Assembly (NCBI GenBank): GCA_964016885.1
Contig: OZ024741.1
Span: 36,704,001-36,768,000 of the forward strand
From: Eledone cirrhosa
Lineage: Eukaryota
Direction: 5' to 3'
Length of the DNA: 64,000 nt
Shown: positions 41,301-53,700 of the stretch, in pieces
How the letters are laid out: each line of letters starts with the position of its first letter
How positions within the stretch are numbered: the stretch's first letter is position 1
Made by a program: the position numbers and the translations under genes
Notes under the pieces: generated by a model
What the model was told of the DNA's origin: nothing
Database searches by the model: none
The model's input: only the letters and a program-made list of their open reading frames with translations

Positions 41301-44300
41301 GCAATTACACCATAGACCAGTCATTTAGAGCCTTCATCTTAGACTGTGTTGAAACTAAAGCAATTACACCATAGACCAGACATTTAGAGCCTTCATCTTA
41401 GACTGTGTTGAAACTAAAGCAATTACACCATAGACCAGTCATTTAGAGACTTCATCTTAGACTGTTGAAACTAAAGCAATTACACCATAGACCAGTCATT
41501 TAGAGCCTTCATCTTAGACTGTGTTGAAACTAAAGCAATTACACCATAGACCAGTCATTTAGAGACTTCATCTTAGACTGTGTTGAAACTAAAGCAATTA
41601 CACCATAGACCAGTCATTTATAGACTTCATCTTAGACTGTTGAAACTAAAGCAATTACACCATAGATCAGTCATTTAGAGCCTTCATCTTAGACTGTGTT
41701 GAAACTAAAGCAATTACACCATAGACCAGTCATTTAGAGCCTTCATCTTAGACTGTGTTGAAACTAAAGCAATTACACCATAGACCAGTCATTTAGAGAC
41801 TTCATCTTAGACTGTGTTGAAACTAAAGCAATTACACCATAGACCAGTCATTTAGAGCCTTCATCTTAGACTGCGTTGAAACTAAAGCAATTACACCATA
41901 GACCAGACATTTAGTGACTTCATCTTAGACTGTGTTGAAACTAAAGCAATTACACCATAGACCTGTCATTTAGAGCTTTCATCCTAGACTGTGTTGAAAC
42001 TAGAGCAATTACATCATAGACCAGTCATTTAGAGACTTCATCTTAGACTGTTGAAACTAAAGCAATTACATCATAGACCAGTCAATTAGAGCCTTCATCT
42101 TAGACTGTTGAAACTAAAGCAATTACACCATAGACCAGTCATTTAGAGACTTCATCTTAGACTGTGTTGAAACTAAAGCAATTACACCATAGACTAGTCA
42201 TTTAGAGCATTCATCTTAGACTGTGTTGAAACTAAAGCAATTACATCATAGACCAGTCATTTAGAGCCTTCATCTTAGACTGTTGAAACTAAAGCAATTA
42301 CACCATAGACCAGTCATTTAGAGAGTTCATCTTAGACTGTGTTGAAACTAAAGCAATTACACCATAGACCAGTCATTTAGAGACTTCATCTTAGACTGTG
42401 TTGAAACTAAAGCAATTACACCATAGACCAGTCATTTAGAGACTTCATCTTAGACTGTGTTGAAACTAAAGCAATTACACCATAGACCTGTCATTTAGAG
42501 CCTTCATCTTAGACTGTGTTGAAACTAAAGCAATTACACCATAGACCAGACATTTAGAGACTTCATCTTAGACTGTGTTGAAACTAAAGCAATTACACCA
42601 TAGACCAGTCATTTAGAGACTTCATCTTAGACTGTGTTGAAACTAAAGCAATTACACCATAGACCAGACATTTAGAGACTTCATCTTAGACTGTGTTGAA
42701 ACTAAAGCAATTACACCATAGACCAGTCATTTAGAGCCTTCATCTTAGACTGTGTTGAAACTAAAGTAATTACACCATAGACCAGTCATTTAGAGCCTTC
42801 ATCTTAGACTGTGTTGAAACTAAAGCAATTACACCATAGACCCGTCATTTAGAGACTTCATCTTAGACTGTGTTGAAACTAAAGCAATTACACCATAGAC
42901 CAGTCATTTAGAGCCTTCATCTTAGACTGTGTTGAAACTAAAGCAATTACACCATAGACCAGTCATTTAGAGCCTTCATCTTAGACTGTGTTGAAACTAA
43001 AGCAATTACATCATAGACCAGTCATTTAGAGCCTTCATCTTAGACTGTGTTGAAACTAAAGCAATTACACCATAGACCAGTCATTTAGAGCCTTCATCTT
43101 AGACTGTGTTGAAACTAAAGCAATTACACGATAGACCAGTCATTTAGAGCCTTCATCTTAGACTGTGTTGAAACTAAAGCAATTACATCATAGACCAGTC
43201 ATTTAGAGCCTTCATCTTAGACTGTGTTGAAACTAAAGCAATTACATCATAGACCAGTCATTTAGAGCCTTCATCTTAGACTGTGTTGAAACTAAAGCAA
43301 TTACACCATAGACCAGACATTTAGAGACTTCATCTTAGACTGTGTTGAAACTAAAGCAATTACATCATAGACCAGTCATTTAGAGCCTTCATCTTAGACT
43401 GTGTTGAAACTAAAGCAATTACACCATAGACCAGTCATTTAGAAACTTCATCTTAGACTGTGTTGAAACTAAAGCAATTACACCATAGACCAGTCATTTA
43501 AAGCTTTCATCTTAGACTGTGTTGAAACTAAAGCAATTACATCATAGACCAGTCATTTAGAGCCTTCATCTTAGACTGTGTTGAAACTAAAGCAATTACA
43601 CCATAGACCAGTCATTTAAAGCTTTCATCTTAGACTGTGTTGAAACTAAAGCAATTACATCATAGACCAGTCATTTAGAGACTTCATCTTAGACTGTGTT
43701 GAAACTAAAGCAATTACACCATAGACCCGTCATTTAGAGACTTCATCTTAGACTGTGTTGAAACTAAAGCAATTACACCATAGACCATTCATTTAGAGCC
43801 TTCATCTTAGACTGTGTTGAAACTAAAGCAATTACACCATAGACCAGTCATTTAGAGACTTCATCTTAGACTGTGTTGAAACTAAAGCAATTACATCATA
43901 GACCAGTCATTTAGAGCCTTCATCTTAGACTGTGTTGAAACTAAAGCAATTACATCATAGACCAGTCATTTAGAGCCTTCATCTTAGACTGTGTTGAAAC
44001 TAAAGCAATTACACCATAGACCAGTCATTTAGAGACTTCATCTTAGACTGTGTTGAAACTAAAGCAATTACATCATGGACCGTCATTTAGAGACTTCATC
44101 TTAGACTGCGTTGAAACTAAAACAATTACACCATAGACCAGTCATTTAAAGCTTTCATCTTAGACTGTGTTGAAACTAAAGCAATTACATCATAGACCAG
44201 TCATTTAGAGCCTTCATCTTAGACTGTGTTGAAACTAAAGCAATTACACCATAGACCCGTCATTTAGAGACTTCATCTTAGACTGTGTTGAAACTAAAGC

Positions 44301-47300
44301 AATTACACCATAGACCAGTCATTTAGAGCCTTCATCTTAGACTGTGTTGAAACTAAAGCAATTACACCATAGACCAGTCATTTAGAGCCTTCATCTTAGA
44401 CTGTGTTGAAACTAAAGCAATTACATCATAGACCAGTCATTTAAAGCTTTCATCTTAGACTGTGTTGAAACTAAAGCAATTACATCATAGACCAGTCATT
44501 TAGAGCCTTCATCTTAGACTGTGTTGAAACTAAAGCAATTACACGATAGACCAGTCATTTAGAGCCTTCATCTTAGACTGTGTTGAAACTAAAGCAATTA
44601 CATCATAGACCAGTCATTTAGAGCCTTCATCTTAGACTGTGTTGAAACTAAAGCAATTACATCATAGACCAGTCATTTAGAGCCTTCATCTTAGACTGTG
44701 TTGAAACTAAAACAATTACACCATAGACCAGTCATTTAAAGCTTTCATCTTAGACTGTGTTGAAACTAAAGCAATTACATCATAGACCAGTCATTTAGAG
44801 CCTTCATCTTAGACTGTGTTGAAACTAAAGCAATTACACCATAGACCCGTCATTTAGAGACTTCATCTTAGACTGTGTTGAAACTAAAGCAATTACACCA
44901 TAGACCAGTCATTTAGAGCCTTCATCTTAGACTGTGTTGAAACTAAAGCAATTACACCATAGACCAGTCATTTAGAGCCTTCATCTTAGACTGTGTTGAA
45001 ACTAAAGCAATTACATCATAGACCAGTCATTTAAAGCTTTCATCTTAGACTGTGTTGAAACTAAAGCAATTACATCATAGACCAGTCATTTAGAGCCTTC
45101 ATCTTAGACTGTGTTGAAACTAAAGCAATTACACGATAGACCAGTCATTTAGAGCCTTCATCTTAGACTGTGTTGAAACTAAAGCAATTACATCATAGAC
45201 CAGTCATTTAGAGCCTTCATCTTAGACTGTGTAGAAACTAAAGCAATTACATCATAGACCAGTCATTTAGAGCCTTCATCTTAGACTGTGTTGAAACTAA
45301 AGCAATTACACCATAGACCAGACATTTAGAGACTTCATCTTAGACTGTGTTGAAACTAAAGCAATTACATCATAGACCAGTCATTTAGAGCCTTCATCTT
45401 AGACTGTGTTGAAACTAAAGCAATTACACCATAGACCAGTCATTTAGAGACTTCATCTTAGACTGTGTTGAAACTAAAGCAATTACACCATAGACCAGTC
45501 ATTTAAAGCTTTCATCTTAGACTGTGTTGAAACTAAAGCAATTACATCATAGACCAGTCATTTAGAGCCTTCATCTTAGACTGTGTTGAAACTAAAGCAA
45601 TTACACCATAGACCAGTCATTTAAAGCTTTCATCTTAGACTGTGTTGAAACTAAAGCAATTTCATCATAGACCAGTCATTTAGAGCCTTCATCTTAGACT
45701 GTGTTGAAACTAAAGCAATTACACCATAGACCAGTCATTTAGAGCCTTCATCTTAGACTGTGTTGAAACTAAAGCAATTACATCATAGACCAGTCATTTA
45801 GAGCCTTCATCTTAGACTGTGTTGAAACTAAAGCAATTACACCATATACCAGTCATTTAGAGACTTCATCTTAGACTGTGTTGAAACTAAAGCAATTACA
45901 TCATAGACCAGTCATTTAGAGCCTTCATCTTAGACTGTGTTGAAACTAAAGCAATTACACCATAGACCAGTCATTTAGAGCCTTCATCTTAGACTGTGTT
46001 GAAACTAAAGCAATTACACGATAGACCAGTCATTTAGAGCCTTCATCTTAGACTGTGTTGAAACTAAAGCAATTACATCATAGACCAGTCATTTAGAGCC
46101 TTCATCTTAGACTGTGTTGAAACTAAAGCAATTACATCATAGACCAGTCATTTAGAGCCTTCATCTTAGACTGTGTTGAAACTAAAGCAATTACACCATA
46201 GACCAGACATTTAGAGACTTCATCTTAGACTGTGTTGAAACTAAAGCAATTACATCATAGACCAGTCATTTAGAGCCTTCATCTTAGACTGTGTTGAAAC
46301 TAAAGCAATTACACCATAGACCAGTCATTTAGAAACTTCATCTTAGACTGTGTTGAAACTGAAGCAATTACACCATAGACCAGTCATTTAAAGCTTTCAT
46401 CTTAGACTGTGTTGAAACTAAAGCAATTACATCATAGACCAGTCATTTAGAGCCTTCATCTTAGACTGTGTTGAAACTAAAGCAATTACACCATAGACCA
46501 GTCATTTAAAGCTTTCATCTTAGACTGTGTTGAAACTAAAGCAATTACATCATAGACCAGTCATTTAGAGACTTCATCTTAGACTGTGTTGAAACTAAAG
46601 CAATTACACCATAGACCCGTCATTTAGAGACTTCATCTTAGACTGTGTTGAAACTAAAGCAATTACACCATAGACCATTCATTTAGAGCCTTCATCTTAG
46701 ACTGTGTTGAAACTAAAGCAATTACACCATAGACCAGTCATTTAGAGACTTCATCTTAGACTGTGTTGAAACTAAAGCAATTACATCATAGACCAGTCAT
46801 TTAGAGCCTTCATCTTAGACTGTGTTGAAACTAAAGCAATTACATCATAGACCAGTCATTTAGAGCCTTCATCTTAGACTGTGTTGAAACTAAAGCAATT
46901 ACACCATAGACCAGTCATTTAGAGACTTCATCTTAGACTGTGTTGAAACTAAAGCAATTACATCATGGACCGTCATTTAGAGACTTCATCTTAGACTGTA
47001 TTGAAACTAAAACAATTACACCATAGACCAGTCATTTAAAGCTTTCATCTTAGACTGTGTTGAAACTAAAGCAATTACATCATAGACCAGTCATTTAGAG
47101 CCTTCATCTTAGACTGTGTTGAAACTAAAGCAATTACACCATAGACCCGTCATTTAGAGACTTCATCTTAGACTGTGTTGAAACTAAAGCAATTACACCA
47201 TAGACCAGTCATTTAGAGCCTTCATCTTAGACTGTGTTGAAACTAAAGCAATTACACGATAGACCAGTCATTTAGAGCCTTCATCTTAGACTGTGTTGAA

Positions 47301-48177
47301 ACTAAAGCAATTACATCATAGACCAGTCATTTAGAGCCTTCATCTTAGACTGTGTTGAAACTAAAGCAATTACATCATAGACCAGTCATTTAGAGCCTTC
47401 ATCTTAGACTGTGTTGAAACTAAAGCAATTACACCATAGACCAGTCATTTAGAGACTTCATCTTAGACTGTGTTGAAACTAAAGCAATTACACCATAGAC
47501 CAGTCATTTAAAGCTTTCATCTTAGACTGTATTGAAACTAAAGCAATTACATCATAGACCAGTCATTTAGAGCCTTCATCTTAGACTGTGTTGAAACTAA
47601 AGCAATTACACCATAGACCAGTCATTTAAAGCTTTCATCTTAGACTGTGTTGAAACTAAAGCAATTTCATCATAGACCAGTCATTTAGAGCCTTCATCTT
47701 AGACTGTGTTGAAACTAAAGCAATTACACCATAGACCAGTCATTTAGAGCCTTCATCTTAGAATGTGTTGAAACTAAAGCAATTACATCATAGACCAGTC
47801 ATTTAGAGCCTTCATCTTAGACTGTGTTGAAACTAAAGCAATTACACCATATACCAGTCATTTAGAGACTTCATCTTAGACTGTGTTGAAACTAAAGCAA
47901 TTACACCATAGACCAGTCATTTAGAGCCTTCATCTTAGACTGTGTTGAAACTAAAGCAATTACGCCATAGACCAGTCATTTAGAGCCTTCATCTTAGACT
48001 GTGTTGAAACTAAAGCAATTACATCATAGACTAGTCATTTAGAGACTTCATCTTAGACTGTGTTGAAACTAAAGCAATTACACCATAGACCAGTCATTTA
48101 GAGCCTTCATCTTAGACTGTTGAAACTAAAGCAATTACATCATAGACCAGTCATTTAGAGCCTTCATCTTAGACTGT

Positions 48178-50708
48178 CATCATCATCATCATCACCGTTT
48201 TACGTCCGTTCTTCCACGCTAGCATGGGTTAGACGGGTTGTCCTGTTGTGGGCAGTGTCTGGTCGGCTGACCATGCCTTGCTCATACAGGAACTGATCTG
48301 GCTTGATTTCTACAGCTGGATGCCCTTCCTAACACCAACCTCATTTACAGTGAGTGCTGGGTGCTTTTTCGTGGCGCCTACACGTCCACTTTACAGTGTG
48401 GGCTGGGTGCTTTTTTGCCGTGGCACCTCCACGACCACCTTGCGGTGGGGGGGGGGGGCATATTGTTTATATGCTTCAGCATGTACCCATGGGAGGTCGG
48501 GTACCCTGTATTACTGCGTGACGCCAGAAGTCACGGTCGTGTGTCATTGACTTTGAGAGGTGTAGTTGGGTAATGTCGGCTTTTATCACCTCATCCCAAG
48601 TCATCTTGGGTCTCCCCACTCCGCGGTTTCCATCAACTTCTAGTGCTCTGCACCTTTTTATGCAGCTGTCATCCTTCATACGCATCACATGTCCATACCA
48701 GCGTAACCGCCTCTCCTGCACGCAGCATTTGATTCCTCTTATGCTCAGTCTCTCTCTCAATTCATTTATGCTTTGTCGTTCACGTATATTACTGTTACAC
48801 ATCCATCGGAGCATGCAGGCTTCGTTTCTCTCTAATCTACGTAAGTCTTCCACCTTCAGCGCCCAGGTCTCACTACCATGCAACATCGCTGTTCGGATAC
48901 ACGCATCATACAGTCTGCCTTTCATTCTGAGGGAGAAGCCTTTTGCAGCTAGCAGTGGTAGTAGTTCCCTAAACTTCTTCCATCCCGTTCTTACCCTAGT
49001 TATTGTACTTTCTGAGCACCCACCTCCGTTGCTAATTCGGTCACCTAGGTAGCAGAAGCTGTCTACTGTTTCTACAGGGCCCTCCCAGAGATTGGTGGTA
49101 CTTGTTTCCTGTGGCTGTTTGCTTGCTGTTTCAGCACAGCTGCTGCATGTGAATCCTACATTCTTAATTAAGCTTCCTGAGATCCCGCTACATCTCTTGT
49201 GTACCCATTGTTTGCATTTTGGGCAAAGAATGGAGTTCCTACCTACACCTTTCCTACATACTGAGCAAGGCCATTTCCCTGAGGGGATCTGGGTTCTGTT
49301 TTCTCGTCTACTTATAAGGACCTTAGTCTTTGTCATGTTGACTTTGAGGCCCTTTCTCTCTAGTCCCTGCTTCCAGGTTTGGAATTTATTCTCTAGTTCT
49401 ACCATAGATTCAGCTATGAGTGCGAGGTCATCAGCATACAGGAGTTCCCATGGGCATCCGGTCTTAAACTCCTCCGTTATTGCCTGCAGGACTATGATGA
49501 ACAGGAGAGGGCTAAGAACAGAGCCCTGGTGGACCCCAACCTGTACGCTAAATTCCTCGCTATACTCATTGCCAATCCTAACTTTGCTGACTGCTCCCCT
49601 ATACATGGCTTGTACCGCTTTCACAAGCCATTCATCTACTCCTAGTTTTCTAAGAGCCCACCAGATTACTGCACGTGGAACTCTTTCAAAGGCTTTCTCA
49701 AGGTCGACAAATGCCAAGTAGAGTGGCTTACTTTTAGCTAGGTACTTTTCCTGTAATTGCCTCACAAGGAAGAGCGCATCAGTGGTGCCTTTCCCTGGAA
49801 CAAACCCAAATTGCATCTCGTCTATATTCACCCGGTCCCTAATCAGCTGTGCTATAACTCTTTCTGTTACTTTCATGACCTGGTCCATCAACTTTATACC
49901 TCTATAGTTTCCTCTATCTAGTGCATCGCCTTTACCTTTGTAGCAGTTGACAATGATGCTACTGCACCAATCTTTTGGTATGGCCCCCTCTAGTATTACC
50001 TGGTTAACGATACGTGTGGTTATAGTGTGACCTACAGACCCAGATGCCTTCAGCATCTCGGCAGCTATACCCGATGGACCGGTTGCCTTCCCTATCTTCA
50101 TATCTCTGATTGCCTTACTTACTACGCTGCCGCTGACTTGTACTGCTGGTCCCTCTATAGGGTCTACGTGGGGTAGGGTCTCTTCTTCCCATGCATTCTC
50201 CTCATTTAGTAATCTATCATAATGACTCTTCCATGCATCTTTCTTCTCAGCACTTGTGAGGGCAAGCTCACCTTTATCATTCCGGATACACTTCTCTCCA
50301 ATGACATCACAACTATCTCTGACACACTGCCTCGCAATCTTGAATACCTCCTGTTTCTGGTCCTCACGTTGTAAAACATGCTTGAATTTTCTATCCTCTG
50401 CTTCCCTCCTAGCTAAGTATACTTGTCGCCTAGCTTCCCTCTTGGTCTCTATGTAATGTACCCTGCTCCCCCCGTTCTTCCATTCTTTCCATGCCTGTCT
50501 CTTGGCCTTGACTGCTTCATCTACCTTATTGTTCCACCACCAAGTCACTCTCCTCCTGCTTGAGGTCTTACTCCAGCCACAAACCTCATCCGTCGCCTCT
50601 AGTAAGTTATTTTTTAGGAACTCCCAGTTCTCTTCTACGTTAAATGTCTCTATCTGTTCTTCTTTACTGTCGTAGGCGTTGAGTAAAATATCTTTAAATC
50701 TGTTACTG
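48178..50708 (-). mobile_element. 5'-truncated RTE-clade non-LTR retrotransposon (2531 bp)
   Basis: (GAT)n 3' tail at 48178, 3'UTR and RT ORF; sharp junctions with the satellite on both sides. Confidence 0.96.
48476..50707 (-). CDS. RTE reverse transcriptase ORF (endonuclease lost by truncation) with PHD-like zinc finger
   Basis: Motifs NYRGIKLM, QFGF, AFVDLEKAF, GVHQGSVLSP, LLYADD, YLG, LHGSETW, RLRWYGHVMR; the frame is open up to the truncation point. Confidence 0.93.
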   Translation of the reverse strand, partial: SNRFKDILLNAYDSKEEQIETFNVEENWEFLKNNLLEATDEVCGWSKTSSRRRVTWWWNNKVDEAVKAKRQAWKEWKNGGSRVHYIETKREARRQVYLARREAEDRKFKHVLQREDQKQEVFKIARQCVRDSCDVIGEKCIRNDKGELALTSAEKKDAWKSHYDRLLNEENAWEEETLPHVDPIEGPAVQVSGSVVSKAIRDMKIGKATGPSGIAAEMLKASGSVGHTITTRIVNQVILEGAIPKDWCSSIIVNCYKGKGDALDRGNYRGIKLMDQVMKVTERVIAQLIRDRVNIDEMQFGFVPGKGTTDALFLVRQLQEKYLAKSKPLYLAFVDLEKAFERVPRAVIWWALRKLGVDEWLVKAVQAMYRGAVSKVRIGNEYSEEFSVQVGVHQGSVLSPLLFIIVLQAITEEFKTGCPWELLYADDLALIAESMVELENKFQTWKQGLERKGLKVNMTKTKVLISRRENRTQIPSGKWPCSVCRKGVGRNSILCPKCKQWVHKRCSGISGSLIKNVGFTCSSCAETASKQPQETSTTNLWEGPVETVDSFCYLGDRISNGGGCSESTITRVRTGWKKFRELLPLLAAKGFSLRMKGRLYDACIRTAMLHGSETWALKVEDLRRLERNEACMLRWMCNSNIRERQSINELRERLSIRGIKCCVQERRLRWYGHVMRMKDDSCIKRCRALEVDGNRGVGRPKMTWDEVIKADITQLHLSKSMTHDRDFWRHAVIQGTRPPMGTC

Positions 50709-53700
50709 GTTGAAACTAAAGCAATTACACCATAGACCAGTCATTTAGAGCCTTCATCTTACACTGTATTGAAACTAAAGCAATTACATGATAGACCAGT
50801 CATTTAGAGACTTCATCTTAGACTGTGTTGAAACTAAAGCAATTACATCATAGACCAGACATTTAGAGCCTTCATCTTAGACTGTGTTGAAACTAAAGCA
50901 ATTACATCATGGACCGTCATTTAGAGACTTCATCTTAGACTGTGTTGAAACTAAAACAATTACACCATAGACCAGTCATTTAAAGCTTTCATCTTAGACT
51001 GTGTTGAAACTAAAGCAATTACATCATAGACCAGTCATTTAGAGCCTTCATCTTAGACTGTGTTGAAACTAAAGCAATTACACCATAGACCCGTCATTTA
51101 GAGACTTCATCTTAGACTGTGTTGAAACTAAAGCAATTACACCATAGACCATTCATTTAGAGCCTTCATCTTAGACTGTGTTGAAACTAAAGCAATTACA
51201 CCATAGACCAGTCATTTAGAGACTTCATCTTAGACTGTGTTGAAACTAAAGCAATTACATCATAGACCAGTCATTTAGAGCCTTCATCTTAGACTGTGTT
51301 GAAACTAAAGCAATTACATCATAGACCAGTCATTTAGAGCCTTCATCTTAGACTGTGTTGAAACTAAAGCAATTACACCATAGACCAGTCATTTAGAGAC
51401 TTCATCTTAGACTGTGTTGAAACTAAAGCAATTACATCATGGACCGTCATTTAGAGACTTCATCTTAGACTGTGTTGAAACTAAAACAATTACACCATAG
51501 ACCAGTCATTTAAAGCTTTCATCTTAGACTGTGTTGAAACTAAAGCAATTACATCATAGACCAGTCATTTAGAGCCTTCATCTTAGACTGTGTTGAAACT
51601 AAAGCAATTACACCATAGACCCGTCATTTAGAGACTTCATCTTAGACTGTGTTGAAACTAAAGCAATTACACCATAGACCAGTCATTTAGAGCCTTCATC
51701 TTAGACTGTGTTGAAACTAAAGCAATTACACCATAGACCAGTCATTTAGAGCCTTCATCTTAGACTGTGTTGAAACTAAAGCAATTACATCATAGACCAG
51801 TCATTTAGAGCCTTCAACTTAGACTGTGTTGAAACTAAAGCAATTACACCATAGACCAGTCATTTAGAGCCTTCATCTTAGACTGTGTTGAAACTAAAGC
51901 AATTACACGATAGACCAGTCATTTAGAGACTTCATCTTAGACTGTGTTGAAACTAAAGCAATTACATCATAGACCAGTCATTTAGAGCCTTCATCTTAGA
52001 CTGTGTTGAAATTAAAGCAATTACATCATAGACCAGTCATTTAGAGCCTTCATCTTAGACTGTGTTGAAACTAAAGCAATTACACCATAGACCAGACATT
52101 TAGAGACTTCATCTTAGACTGTGTAGAAACTAAAGCAATTACATCATAGACCAGTCATTTAGAGCCTTCATCTTAGACTGTGTTGAAACTAAAGCAATTA
52201 CACCATAGACCAGTCATTTAGAGACTTCATCTTAGACTGTGTTGAAACTAAAGCAATTACACCATAGACCAGTCATTTAAAGCTTTCATCTTAGACTGTG
52301 TTGAAACTAAAGCAATTACATCATAGACCAGTCATTTAGAGCCTTCATCTTAGACTGTGTTGAAACTAAAGCAATTACACCATAGACCAGTCATTTAAAG
52401 CTTTCATCTTAGACTGTGTTGAAACTAAAGCAATTACATCATAGACCAGTCATTTAGAGCCTTCATCTTAGACTGTGTTGAAACTAAAGCAATTACACCA
52501 TAGACCAGTCATTTAGAGCCTTCATCTTAGACTGTTGAAACTAAAGCAATTACATCATAGACCAGTCATTTAGAGCCTTCATCTTAGACTGTGTTGAAAC
52601 TAAAGCAATTACACCATATACCAGTCATTTAGAGACTTCATCTTAGACTGTGTTGAAACTAAAGCAATTACACCATAGACCAGTCATTTAGAGCCTTCAT
52701 CTTAGACTGTGTTGAAACTAAAGCAATTACGCCATAGACCAGTCATTTAGAGCCTTCATCTTAGACTGTGTTGAAACTAAAGCAATTACATCATGGACTA
52801 GTCATTTAGAGACTTCATCTTAGACTGTGTTGAAACTAAAGCAATTACACCATAGACCAGTCATTTAGAGCCTTCATCTTAGACTGTGTTGAAACTAAAG
52901 CAATTACATCATAGACCAGTCATTTAGAGCCTTCATCTTAGACTGTGTTGAAACTAAAGCAATTACACCATAGACCAGTCATTTAGAGCCTTCATCTTAG
53001 ACTGTATTGAAACTAAAGCAATTACATGATAGACCAGTCATTTAGAGACTTCATCTTTGACTGTGTTGAAACTAAAGCAATTACATCATAGACCAGACAT
53101 TTAGAGCCTTCATCTTAGACTGTGTTGAAACTAAAGCAATTACATCATGGACCGTCATTTAGAGACTTCATCTTGGACTGTGTTGAAACTAAAACAATTA
53201 CACCATAGACCAGTCATTTAAAGCTTTCATCTTAGACTGTGTTGAAACTAAAGCAATTACATCATAGACCAGTCATTTAGAGCCTTCATCTTAGACTGTG
53301 TTGAAACTAAAGCAATTACACCATAGACCCGTTATTTAGAGACTTCATCTTAGACTGTGTTGAAACTAAAGCAATTACACCATAGACCAGTCATTTAGAG
53401 CCTTCATCTTAGACTGTGTTGAAACTAAAGCAATTACACCATAGACCAGTCATTTAGAGACTTCATCTTAGACTGTGTTGAAACTAAAGCAATTACACCA
53501 TAGACCAGTCATTTAGAGACTTCATCTCAGACTGTGTTGAAACTAAAGCAATTACATCATAGACCAGTCATTTAGAGACGTCATCTTAGACTGTGTTGAA
53601 ACTAAAGCAATTACATCATAGACCTGTCATTTAGAGCCTTCATCTTAGACTGTGTTGAAATTAAAGCAATTACATCATAGACCAGTCATTTAGAGCCTTC

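Noticed and set aside
48573-49721. Plus-strand ORFs of 159 and 209 aa
   Set aside because: Antisense shadows of the RT ORF.
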